A stretch of 64,000 nt of DNA from a bacterium. Its GTDB lineage: Bacteria; Electryoneota; Electryoneia; Electryoneales; Electryoneaceae. Below the pieces are notes generated by a model. The model did not search any database, was not told the DNA's origin, and saw only the letters and a list, made by a program, of their open reading frames with translations. Location: positions 832,001 to 896,000 of the forward strand of contig CAXXKJ010000002.1 in assembly GCA_963675295.2 (NCBI GenBank). The letters run 5' to 3'. Below, piece after piece: positions 20,340-29,355 of the stretch. Numbering within the stretch: the stretch's first letter is position 1; each line of letters starts with the position of its first letter. Position numbers and translations under genes: made by a program.

Positions 20340-21515
20340 ATGAAGCATGAATGGGATGTTCGTACGGGTGGCTCCGTCACACGGTATTGGCAGATGTGGC
20401 TAGGCCTGGCAGCGATATTGATTGCCGCGGTGCCAGTGTTCGCCCAGCCGACACAAACCTGGACTCACCAGATTTCGGTGCAAGGGATGGCGTATGACAC
20501 CGTTCATGACATGGTGGTGACGCCGGATGGCCGGGTGGTGGTTGTCGGAGCCTGGCACGACATGTGGCGGGTTCGTTGTCTTGATCTTGGCACGGGCGCT
20601 TTTTTGTGGGAGGTCTCCGGAGGTCAGGAGTACTGGATGTTGACCAGTGTGGTGTCTGCGGATGACGGTTCCGGTGATGTAATCGTCGGGGGATATGAAC
20701 GATTCAGCCCGTTCGAAATTTACATCGCCCGCATCGATGCGCAGGGCCATATCGTCTGGGAACGCACGCTTGAGAATCCGAACTACAACCGCGTGTTTAC
20801 CTTAAAGGATCTATTGCGGATAGGACCAGATCGTGTCTATGGCTGCGGCCAGTTCAACAGCCAAACCTCGATCGGGTGGGTCAATATCGACAATCCCAAT
20901 TCGCACCAGGTCTTTTCCTTTGATCGGGAGGAAGGGCCGTGGACGCAATCCCTGGCTAAGTATTCGGATAACTCAATGTTGCTGGGCGGCAATTTCTTTG
21001 AGGGGTATACATTTTTCGCGAATGTACTTCACGTGACGACCTCGGGGCAGATGCTCTGGGTGTATCGCTCCTATGACATGCGGTCGGCGGATTGTCTGGC
21101 TCGAACACTTGACGGCACAACGATGCTTGGGGGGTATCATCCGTATTCCGGTACCGGAGTGTACGCGGCCCGGGTTGAGGCTGTCGATTCGAATGGTGAA
21201 TACCTGTGGTCGATCGAACAGGGTGTAGACTATTTCAGTGTCTTTAACGACATCTGCATGACGGATCCTGCGGGCTCGGATTACGTTTATGTCGCGGGTC
21301 AGGTGGTTGAGGAGCTGGATGGTCCGAACCGTCAGCTGGTGCACAAGGTGAGCTCGACAGGTGAGATCATCTGGACCCTGTACGGTGCGGACGGAGGCAG
21401 CACCGATTGCGAGTACACGGCGGTGGACGCGTTGCCGGATGGTGGTCTGGTTGTCGCTGGAACTCTCTCGGGGTATTCGGTTGGTCAGGTCGTGATCGAA
21501 CGTTACGATCCATGA
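20340..21515 (+). CDS. Secreted predicted beta-propeller protein, paralog 3 of 3
   Basis: AQPTQTW...VIERYDP; QLVHKVSSTGEIIWTLYG identical to paralog 2. Confidence 0.85.
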   Translation: MKHEWDVRTGGSVTRYWQMWLGLAAILIAAVPVFAQPTQTWTHQISVQGMAYDTVHDMVVTPDGRVVVVGAWHDMWRVRCLDLGTGAFLWEVSGGQEYWMLTSVVSADDGSGDVIVGGYERFSPFEIYIARIDAQGHIVWERTLENPNYNRVFTLKDLLRIGPDRVYGCGQFNSQTSIGWVNIDNPNSHQVFSFDREEGPWTQSLAKYSDNSMLLGGNFFEGYTFFANVLHVTTSGQMLWVYRSYDMRSADCLARTLDGTTMLGGYHPYSGTGVYAARVEAVDSNGEYLWSIEQGVDYFSVFNDICMTDPAGSDYVYVAGQVVEELDGPNRQLVHKVSSTGEIIWTLYGADGGSTDCEYTAVDALPDGGLVVAGTLSGYSVGQVVIERYDP

Positions 21516-21641
21516 TCCAAACGACAGGATCTTATCCAAGCCCCCGTGACCCGGATTGCGCGTGTCTTGGGGCTTGTTTGTTGTACCCGAAAAAAATTCA
21601 CGTATCTTCACTTCCATCGTCCATAGCATAGCCCATAGCTG

Positions 21642-22487
21642 ATGAACTACAACCCTGACCAGATCCGTGCCGCGCTGGATGAGATGGCGCGTTTGAACAC
21701 CGAATCGTCCAACCCGCGCAGTGAAACGTTGAGCGAGCTGAGCACGTCCGCGATCCTCGAGCTGATCAACGAGGAGGACGCGACGGTCCCGGCGATTGTC
21801 AACGCCGCGGTTCCGACTCTGACGAACGTCGTCGAGGCGGCGGTCGGTGCGATCAAGTCCGGCGGACGGCTGGTCTATGTCGGCGCGGGAACCTCGGGCC
21901 GGCTTGGTGTGCTGGACGCCGCCGAGTGTCCACCGACCTACGGCGTTCCGCCCACCATGGTCACCGGCATCATCGCGGGCGGGGACAGCGCGTTGAAGGT
22001 CGCCGCCGAGGGGGCGGAAGATGACGAACAGCAGGCGCTGATTGACCTCGAGGCGCATGGCGTGAACGAAAAGGACACCGTCCTCGGCATCACCGCTCGG
22101 GGTCAGACGCCGTATGTGCGCGCGATCCTGCGCGAGGCAAAGCGGCGCGGTGCGTGGGCCGGGCTGTTGACCTGCAATCCGGTGGCGCATGATCCGGAGC
22201 TGGATGAGCTGGTCGTGCTCGATGTCGGACCGGAGGTGGTAACCGGATCGACGCGGATGAAGGCGGGGCTGGCGACTAAGATGGCGTTGACGATGATCTC
22301 CACCACGACGATGGTCCGCTTGGGTCGTGTCGAGGGCAATCGGATGGTGCGTCTGATGCCGAACTCGACGAAACTCAAGGCGCGTCAGGTGAAGCTGCTG
22401 ATGGAGACGAAGGGGTTGACGTTGGAAGCGGCAGCGGAGCGTCTCGAGGCGGCGGGTGGTGATTTGACGAAAGCACTGGGCATGTGA
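21642..22487 (+). CDS. murQ: N-acetylmuramic acid 6-phosphate etherase
   Basis: GAGTSGRLGVLDAAECPPTYG and GPEVVTGSTRMKAG motifs. Confidence 0.95.
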   Translation: MNYNPDQIRAALDEMARLNTESSNPRSETLSELSTSAILELINEEDATVPAIVNAAVPTLTNVVEAAVGAIKSGGRLVYVGAGTSGRLGVLDAAECPPTYGVPPTMVTGIIAGGDSALKVAAEGAEDDEQQALIDLEAHGVNEKDTVLGITARGQTPYVRAILREAKRRGAWAGLLTCNPVAHDPELDELVVLDVGPEVVTGSTRMKAGLATKMALTMISTTTMVRLGRVEGNRMVRLMPNSTKLKARQVKLLMETKGLTLEAAAERLEAAGGDLTKALGM

Positions 22488-22528
22488 TCCATTGCCGGGC
22501 GGTGGAAGTGTAAAGGGAGGAAAGAGAG

Positions 22529-22870
22529 ATGAAGCTGGTGGAACCGTTCCCGGAGTTTGTCAAGAATCTGCCTGAAATTGATCTGCCGGTTCCGGGCGCG
22601 CGGGGCTGGATGATACAGGGTGCGGGGCAGCAGGTGGTGTTCGCTCAGTTTGACGAAACGGTGGACGTTCCCGAGCACTCCCACTCCGAACAGTGGGAGT
22701 TTGCGTTGGGCGGACGTGTCGATCTGAAAATGGACGGGCAGGTGTTGACGCACACGGCCGGTGAGAATTTCTACATCCCGGCGGGCAAGCCGCACGGCGC
22801 GACGGTACACGCCGGCTACCATGCGATGATGGTGTTCAACGAGTCGGACCGGTACAAACCGAAGGCGTGA
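22529..22870 (+). CDS. Cupin domain protein
   Basis: PEHSHSEQW and IPAGKPHG cupin motifs. Confidence 0.85.
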   Translation: MKLVEPFPEFVKNLPEIDLPVPGARGWMIQGAGQQVVFAQFDETVDVPEHSHSEQWEFALGGRVDLKMDGQVLTHTAGENFYIPAGKPHGATVHAGYHAMMVFNESDRYKPKA

Positions 22871-22872
22871 AC

Positions 22873-22900
22873 GAAGAGTGATGAGTTGTGAGTCATGAGT
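22873..22900 (+). repeat. Heptamer array (NNWGAGT)x4 after the cupin stop
   Basis: GAAGAGT GATGAGT TGTGAGT CATGAGT. Confidence 0.75.
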
Positions 22901-23004
22901 AAGTAAACAGCGAACAAATAACAACCTCGTTCGCCCCCGACCAGCTTGCTGGTCGGGTTTGGCCGTGCCGTCAGGGCACATCGCGAACAGAGCGCGTAGA
23001 AAAA

Positions 23005-23036
23005 ACGATGCCACGGATGTGAATCCGTGGCATCGT
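23005..23036. repeat. Left copy of the 32-bp hairpin target duplicated by the IS
   Basis: ACGATGCCACGGATGTGAATCCGTGGCATCGT. Confidence 0.9.
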
Positions 23037-24650
23037 CAGACTGCTGACAAACCCCGTCATTTGATGGGGTTTGTTTTGTATTCACACGGCACATCCTACT
23101 GGTTGGATTTGTGGTATAGTTGGCAGGTTGTGTTTGGTTCTTCGCTCGATTTTTCTATCGAGACCGTTGAGCGTGGTGCGCTGGGATAGAAGACCGGCTA
23201 AATAGGTCCATAGTCTTGAGATAGAGGGGTGTTTCGCCATTGTCATGGCGATCTTCTTCATGTTCTGGCAGGCGGCGGACAGCAGGCATTGTTCACGTGC
23301 TCCGGCTATCGAGCGCAGCCGGGCATAGCGATGGCCATACAGTTGTTTGGCTTCGCCGAAGCTGCGTTCGACCGTCTCCCGTCGTCGCCGGTACGTGGCC
23401 CGTCCGCGTTCTGTCCGAGCGGTCGCGATCATCTTTTCACGGCTGGCCTGCCACACGTGCCGGGTGACCACCTTGCGGTGATTGGCGCTTTCGGTGCATT
23501 GCTGCAACAGGGGACAGAGGACACAGCACGACGGGTCGGAAACATATTCCTGGTAGCCTTCACGTGTCGTCGTGCGATACGGTAGTGTCTGGCCGCCGGG
23601 ACAGTGGTAGACATCCCCCAGCGAATCGTACACAAACAGTCGTTTTGCCAGCATTCCCTTCTTGCGTGTCGTACGTACCGAGCCGATCACGCCGTCGATC
23701 TTTCGATCCTCCAGCCCCTTGCAGATGGCGGCGGTATTGTAGCCGGCGTCGAGACCGACCCTTTCCACCGGGAAGTGGAATTTGCGAATCTGTGTGTCGA
23801 GACGCTCGAGGTAGGGGGTGCTGTCATGTACATTGCCGGGGGTGACATGCGTGTCGGTGATGATTCCGGCCTTGTTGTCTACGGTACGGTGGTCAAGGTA
23901 GAAAAAGCCCTGCGGCTTGCCGTCCCGCACCATGAAGCCGCTGTCCGGATCGGTGGTGCTGACCTTGATTTCCTTTGTCGCCGGCGGTGATGAATCGTCA
24001 TTGTCACGTTTCTTCAGTGGCTTTTTGCCATGCGCCAGGCGATCCGCATCCACCGCCTCTTCCAGATCGGACAGATACGACTTCGTCGCCACTGTCACCT
24101 GCCGCTTCTTGAACTTCTTCTTGTTCGCGCTGGCTTTCAGGTGCGTCGAATCGGTGAACAAGACCCGGCCATCGACCAGGCCACGACGGATCGCCAGCAG
24201 CACGATCTCGTCGAAGATCTCCTGGAAGATGGTGCTTTCACGGAAACGGCGGCGTCGATTCTGGCTGATCGTGGACGCGTCCGGCACCTTGTCACGCAGA
24301 TCCAGCCCGAGGAACCAGCGATAGGCAACATTGACCTGGATCTCACGCACCAGCTGACGCTCGGACCGAATTCCGTACAGGTAACCGATGAACAACATCT
24401 TGAACAGAAGGACAGGGTCAACAGCCGGACGGCCATTGTCGGCGCTGTAGAGATGCTTTACACGATCCCGGATAAACGAAAAATCAATTGCCGCATCAAT
24501 CTTCCGCAAAAGATGATCGTCCGGGACCAAATCGTCAATGTAAATAAGCTCCGCTGCGCTTTGATGAGCTTTGGAAGTAGGTAGCATCTACAAAGATACA
24601 AAACAAATCCCCACAGGTCGAGAGCCCGTGGGGACTTTGTCAGCAGTCTG
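23037..24650 (-). mobile_element. IS1182-family insertion sequence, 1614 bp
   Basis: Perfect 15-bp terminal inverted repeats CAGACTGCTGACAAA / TTTGTCAGCAGTCTG, a single transposase gene, and a flanking duplicated hairpin. Confidence 0.92.
23082..24587 (-). CDS. IS1182-family DDE transposase
   Basis: LVPDDHLLRKID, GRPAVDP, SERQL, DSTHLKASAN, STTDPDSG, DAGY and RRETVERSF motifs. Confidence 0.95.
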   Translation of the reverse strand: MLPTSKAHQSAAELIYIDDLVPDDHLLRKIDAAIDFSFIRDRVKHLYSADNGRPAVDPVLLFKMLFIGYLYGIRSERQLVREIQVNVAYRWFLGLDLRDKVPDASTISQNRRRRFRESTIFQEIFDEIVLLAIRRGLVDGRVLFTDSTHLKASANKKKFKKRQVTVATKSYLSDLEEAVDADRLAHGKKPLKKRDNDDSSPPATKEIKVSTTDPDSGFMVRDGKPQGFFYLDHRTVDNKAGIITDTHVTPGNVHDSTPYLERLDTQIRKFHFPVERVGLDAGYNTAAICKGLEDRKIDGVIGSVRTTRKKGMLAKRLFVYDSLGDVYHCPGGQTLPYRTTTREGYQEYVSDPSCCVLCPLLQQCTESANHRKVVTRHVWQASREKMIATARTERGRATYRRRRETVERSFGEAKQLYGHRYARLRSIAGAREQCLLSAACQNMKKIAMTMAKHPSISRLWTYLAGLLSQRTTLNGLDRKIERRTKHNLPTIPQIQPVGCAV

Positions 24651-24682
24651 ACGATGCCACGGATTTGAATCCGTGGCATCGT
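24651..24682. repeat. Right copy of the duplicated 32-bp hairpin (one difference in the loop)
   Basis: ACGATGCCACGGATTTGAATCCGTGGCATCGT. Confidence 0.9.
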
Positions 24683-24701
24683 GTTTTTGTCTTGATCTTT
24701 G

Positions 24702-24750
24702 TCTCAAGTCTCAAGTCTCAAGACTCAAGACACAGGACTCAGGACTGTCC
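24702..24750 (-). repeat. Heptamer array (CYTGAGW-like)x6 preceded by GGACAGT, after the S8 protease stop
   Basis: Plus strand reads TCTCAAG x3, ACTCAAG, ACACAGG, ACTCAGG, ACTGTCC. Confidence 0.8.
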
Positions 24751-24752
24751 CT

Positions 24753-26951
24753 TTACTTCATCAACATCACCTTCTGGACGAGTGCCTGGCCGCCGTTGAA
24801 CTGCGCGCGGACGAGGTACACGCCGCTGGTGAGGTTGGACGCGTCGAACGTCAGGCTGTGCTGCCCACCGGCGAAACGACCATTCGCGAGCGTCGCGACT
24901 TCCTGGCCGAGCGTGTTAAACACCTGCATCCGCAGGTCGCCGGCGTCCGGCAGGGTCACGTTCAGCGTGGTGGTCGGGTTGAACGGGTTCGGGTAGGCGC
25001 TACCCAGCGCGAATTCGCCCGGCATCGTTTCTTCCGCCGTCGCGATTTCCGCTGACTGCTTCAGATCCCAACCGGTCGAGTTCCAGTTGCCTTCGGATTC
25101 AGTGCCGAGGCTGAACTTGAGGAAGGTGAAGGAATCCTGGTCGATGACGGTACCCGGATACTGGCCGGCCTTGGCGACATAAAGGTATTCACCTTCCGGC
25201 GCGAAGGGCGGAACGTTCTGGTGCACGCCAGTCACGACGATGTCAACACCCGGCTGGAAGTTGACGTTGTAAACGTCCAGCGGATACGTGTTGCCGTTCG
25301 GCAGGATCGCTTCGGTCCAGACCTGGCCCGGTGTCGCGGTGGTGTAGTTGTTGCGGATTTCGGCGTCAAAGATCAGCGTGCCGCCGTTCTGCAGGATTAC
25401 GTACGGCTCGTACAGCGGATCGAGGTTGACGATCACATCGGTCGTCGTCGCTTCCGCCATCAAGACGGCTTGGTACGCGTCAACACGGCCCGCGCCGAAC
25501 ACGTTATCCTTGCCGTTGGAACCGAGATCCAGCGCCGTCGTCTGCAGGATTTCGTCGATCTCTTCCGGGGTCAGGTTCGGGTTGACGCAACGGATCAGGG
25601 CGATGGTCCCGGCCGCGCACGGGGCCGCCATCGACGTACCGGACTTAACGGTGTAGCCGGTGTTGCTGGAGTAGCTGCAGGAGTTAATGCTTTCACCCGG
25701 TGCGGACACGTCCGGCTTGATCAGGCCCTGATTCTGGCCGTTGTTGTAGATGTAGTCAAACCACGGGCTGATGTCTTCCCATGTGACCGGGCCCTGGCTG
25801 GAGTAGGACGAAATGTTGTCGCTGCTGTTGGTCGAGCCGACAGCGATCAGGCCACCTGTTCCGCCCGGTTCAGTCTGGTCGGGATTGTGCCATGGTGAGG
25901 GCACTTTGCCCGGAGATGTAACCTGTCCCGGGGGCGGAGTGCCGCCACCGCCATTACCAGCGGATTTGGTCGAAGTCAGACCGGCGAGCAGTGCCGCGCC
26001 GTAGGCGTCACGGTTGCCCTGGCGCAAGGTTTCGGACGGGTTTCCCCAGCCGAAGCTCATGGTGGTGTGATTGGCACCGTGTTCAATCGCGAAGTCAAGA
26101 CCGGCCCAGCAGTCACTCAGGTCAGCGCTGCCGAAATCGCTCGAGATTTTGACGCACATGATGGTCGCATCCGGCGCGACACCGGCCTGTGTGCCGGCGG
26201 TGCCGTCACTGGCGACGATACCCGCAACGTGGGTTCCGTGACCGTGCGAGTCAATCGGGTCATTGTCGTTGCTGTAGACGTCATATCCGTGGTTCGGGAA
26301 CTGCGCGCCGCCATCCCACAGGTGGTCTGCGAGATCCAGGTGGTGGTAGTTCACGCCGGTGTCCATCACCGCGACGATGATGCCTTCACCGGTATAGCCC
26401 AGGTCCCACGCATCCGGGGCGTTCACCTGGTTCACATGCCATTCAATTTCATCAGTCTGGTTGCCGCCGGGGGTGCCAACTTCTTCGACCGGTTCGATGG
26501 CCGGCACATCCGGCGAGTATTCAATCGCGTTGACGTCGGAACGCTCAGCGAGGCGACGGATCACGGCCGGGGTCAGCTTGGCGGAAATCGCGTTGGCGAC
26601 GACGATCGAACGAATGTTTTCAGCAGTGCCGAGTTGCTCGTCGGCGTACAATTCGCCGAGCACGGCGTCCTGCGAGTCGGCGGCGCGGCTGCTGATTTCA
26701 TCCCACAGGATAGCGCGGCGCTGTTCCATGCTGCGCACACCTTCGACATACATTGCCAATTCCTGCAGGTCCGGACGCGGGTTCATCATGATTACGACCT
26801 CGAGCAGCTCCGCTTCGTCAGCGGCTGCCAGCACGGGGACGAGATGTTCGCCATACACGGACGGAGCAGAGCTCGCGAACGCGGACGGCAGCAGAAACGC
26901 CGCCAATAACATGACAGCGAGGGGGAGACGGAAAATGCGGAAATTCATCAC
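24753..26951 (-). CDS. S8 serine protease with propeptide, Ig-like domain and T9SS tail (copy A)
   Basis: VAVMDTG, HGTHVAG and SGTSMA catalytic triad; C-terminal YPNPFNPTT...SGVYLV. Confidence 0.93.
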   Translation of the reverse strand: MMNFRIFRLPLAVMLLAAFLLPSAFASSAPSVYGEHLVPVLAAADEAELLEVVIMMNPRPDLQELAMYVEGVRSMEQRRAILWDEISSRAADSQDAVLGELYADEQLGTAENIRSIVVANAISAKLTPAVIRRLAERSDVNAIEYSPDVPAIEPVEEVGTPGGNQTDEIEWHVNQVNAPDAWDLGYTGEGIIVAVMDTGVNYHHLDLADHLWDGGAQFPNHGYDVYSNDNDPIDSHGHGTHVAGIVASDGTAGTQAGVAPDATIMCVKISSDFGSADLSDCWAGLDFAIEHGANHTTMSFGWGNPSETLRQGNRDAYGAALLAGLTSTKSAGNGGGGTPPPGQVTSPGKVPSPWHNPDQTEPGGTGGLIAVGSTNSSDNISSYSSQGPVTWEDISPWFDYIYNNGQNQGLIKPDVSAPGESINSCSYSSNTGYTVKSGTSMAAPCAAGTIALIRCVNPNLTPEEIDEILQTTALDLGSNGKDNVFGAGRVDAYQAVLMAEATTTDVIVNLDPLYEPYVILQNGGTLIFDAEIRNNYTTATPGQVWTEAILPNGNTYPLDVYNVNFQPGVDIVVTGVHQNVPPFAPEGEYLYVAKAGQYPGTVIDQDSFTFLKFSLGTESEGNWNSTGWDLKQSAEIATAEETMPGEFALGSAYPNPFNPTTTLNVTLPDAGDLRMQVFNTLGQEVATLANGRFAGGQHSLTFDASNLTSGVYLVRAQFNGGQALVQKVMLMK

Positions 26952-27226
26952 AGTTCACCTCAGAGCAAATGTCGCCAGTTCCGTTGTTGGACACGTTGAG
27001 CTCAAAACATACGGAAGCCGGACCCGTTCGGCAATCCGAATTTGAGGAATTTGGATTTTCGTCACGTTCCTTTTGAACGCCCGGACTCGGGGAGTTCGAT
27101 GTGAGAATCAGTGATTTGCGATCAACCTGCTTAACGGAAAGTGGCATGGACCTGCATGAAGTTGTATTTTCAACGATCAGCCTGCTTGTCGAACTGGATC
27201 GGTGACCGCATCGACACGAGATTCCT

Positions 27227-28912
27227 ATGAAAAAGCTGCCTGCAATTTCCGCCTTCCTTTTGCTGTTCGCAGCATCATCCCGCGCACAACTACCCTTTGA
27301 GTGGGAACTGGATCTTTCTTCTATTGGCAGCGCATCAGTTTCCAACATCCACATGTCCGGCGACTGCAGCATCGTTCTTGTCGGCGAGGCATATCATGAG
27401 AGTGGCGATCCGTCAGACGACTGGCTAATGGTAGTTCGATGCGCCCCTGATGGATCGGGATACGAATTACATCAGCTTGTTCGAAATGTAGGGGGACACT
27501 TCGGAGGGATGGATGATGATGGAAATCTGTACATTTTCTACGAACACAGGAACGACGTTGATCGCAGAATGAAGCTGAATCCGGCAAACGACATCGAATG
27601 GGATTACGAAAGCTCAATCAATGTCAATTACTACGAAGCTGTTGCCCCCAGACCACTACCTGATGGTGATATGCTGTACCTCAATGCGTACGAAGGGTAT
27701 TACGATGACGGGTCCTGTGAAGCATTGCGAATAAATCCAGAAGGCGAGGTGGTCGATTCCGTCTGGATGGAGCTGAATTCCGGGATCAAAGCGTGGGAAT
27801 TCGCTTACGACGGATTTGTGTATGCGCACGGCAGTAATCACTACGGCGGTGCCAATGATGTGTACCTGTTCAATCCGCTGACAACGGAGATTTCCTGGCA
27901 CTGCAGCATCAACGGTGTAAGTGGTGAGGCGGAAGTGCTGTCTGCGATTCACGACGGCAGTGGAATCATGGTCGCGGGCAACTCCCCTGATGGGTATATG
28001 TTCCTTGCCTCCGTCCGGCAGAATGGGTCCCTGTTCTGGGTGTATACGTTTCCCGCGTTTACTGCCAGTGGCCTGTTCTGCACGCAGCATTACACTGCGA
28101 TCCTGTTCAGCAGCTCGGGCGGGTCGATGGTACGTTACGGCAGCTTCCTGATGGGTGGGCAGTTGGACTGGTTCATGCCGCTCAACGGGATGTCGGAATC
28201 GCTCGTTGCGGTGGCGCAATCCCCAGATGAAGGCTATGTAATCGCTGTCCGCCGCGACTACTTGTTGCACCTGTACAAGCTGGCTGGTGTTAAGGTAACG
28301 GTGGCGAACATAGCGCTGGATCCTCCAGACGATACGAACGACGGCGTGCTCACGTTGGACCTGCTCATCGAAACCGGCGAAGTCCGTGACCATAACGTGG
28401 AAGTGCGGTTGCAGGCGGAACATGTGCCGAGCGGCGAGTTATTGCCCGCGGATTCGCTGGTCGTCTCGCTGACGCGAAATGATGAATTGCCATACACCAT
28501 GTATTACACTCTTCCCGCGGGCTCGCAGGACGGGGACTACAAGCTGCTGATCGACCTGCAATCCCTTGATGGCCGATATTCAAAGCAGAGCACCTCGGAT
28601 TTTAACCTCGGCGCAACTGCGGTAGCTGAATCAAATCCGACTGCGAACTCGTTCACCCTGTTTGACGTGTATCCCAACCCGTTCAATTCATCGACCATGA
28701 TCACGTTGAAATTGAAGCATTCCACTCGGCTTGCGGTGAAGCTGTTCAACGTCAACGGTCAGGTCGTGCGCAACCTGCAAGACGCGCAGCAGACGGTTGT
28801 GGGAGTGCATCGTATCGAGCTGGACGGCTCACAACTGCCGTCCGGGATCTACTTCGCGGTCGTGAGTGACGACCGAACGATTCAGGCGCACAAATTGATC
28901 CTGCTGCGTTAA
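27227..28912 (+). CDS. Secreted predicted beta-propeller protein with Ig-like domain and T9SS tail
   Basis: Signal peptide then AQLPFEW; C-terminal YPNPFNSST...LPSGIYF...KLILLR. Confidence 0.82.
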   Translation: MKKLPAISAFLLLFAASSRAQLPFEWELDLSSIGSASVSNIHMSGDCSIVLVGEAYHESGDPSDDWLMVVRCAPDGSGYELHQLVRNVGGHFGGMDDDGNLYIFYEHRNDVDRRMKLNPANDIEWDYESSINVNYYEAVAPRPLPDGDMLYLNAYEGYYDDGSCEALRINPEGEVVDSVWMELNSGIKAWEFAYDGFVYAHGSNHYGGANDVYLFNPLTTEISWHCSINGVSGEAEVLSAIHDGSGIMVAGNSPDGYMFLASVRQNGSLFWVYTFPAFTASGLFCTQHYTAILFSSSGGSMVRYGSFLMGGQLDWFMPLNGMSESLVAVAQSPDEGYVIAVRRDYLLHLYKLAGVKVTVANIALDPPDDTNDGVLTLDLLIETGEVRDHNVEVRLQAEHVPSGELLPADSLVVSLTRNDELPYTMYYTLPAGSQDGDYKLLIDLQSLDGRYSKQSTSDFNLGATAVAESNPTANSFTLFDVYPNPFNSSTMITLKLKHSTRLAVKLFNVNGQVVRNLQDAQQTVVGVHRIELDGSQLPSGIYFAVVSDDRTIQAHKLILLR

Positions 28913-29047
28913 TATGCAGCGGGCGTTTCTGGCGTGTAATGGCCGTCATTCACCATTCTCTCCACGACAAATGCGACCCCTGACTCGGTGCAACCCGCGC
29001 TGTATCTTATGCGTTCCAAACGAAAGCACGTAACCCCGAAGAACGAT

Positions 29048-29300
29048 CAAGCCGCACCACGTACTTGACTAGAACCGTCTCGACGAGCGCTTACCGAGGA
29101 AGAGCGGATGATCCGTGACGCGGTCCGCAGTTGGGTCAGCGACCGCGTCATCCCGAAGATCGACGAAGCGTTTCGTGACCATTTCTTCCCGCAGGAATGG
29201 ATCCCCGAGATGGCGGAGCTCGGCCTGTTCGGGCCGACGTTGCCGGAAGAATACGGCGCGGGGATTGGCGATATCGCGTACGGCCTGGCGATGCAGGAGC
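29048..29300 (+). pseudogene. Decayed 5-prime fragment of the acyl-CoA dehydrogenase gene at 31803
   Basis: Near-identical to 31803-32058 (MIRDAVRSWVSDRVIPKIDEAFRDHFFPQEW), but with the start codon lost, TAT changed to TAG, a frameshift and truncation after MQE. Confidence 0.88.
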
Positions 29301-29355
29301 GCAGAGTTGCATGATCCACCATTTTGTTCAGGATCACGCTTTGTCACGCCAAACC

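Noticed and set aside
17226-21515. Diversity-generating retroelement (Avd-like gene next to variable paralogs)
   Set aside because: No reverse transcriptase in the window, and no template/variable repeat pair differing specifically at adenines was seen; a trans-acting DGR elsewhere cannot be excluded
24591-24598. Bacteroidota-type -7 promoter element TAnnTTTG before the transposase (also at 37067 and about 55204)
   Set aside because: Short motif expected by chance in AT-rich DNA, and no correctly spaced -33 TTTG was found for the IS copy
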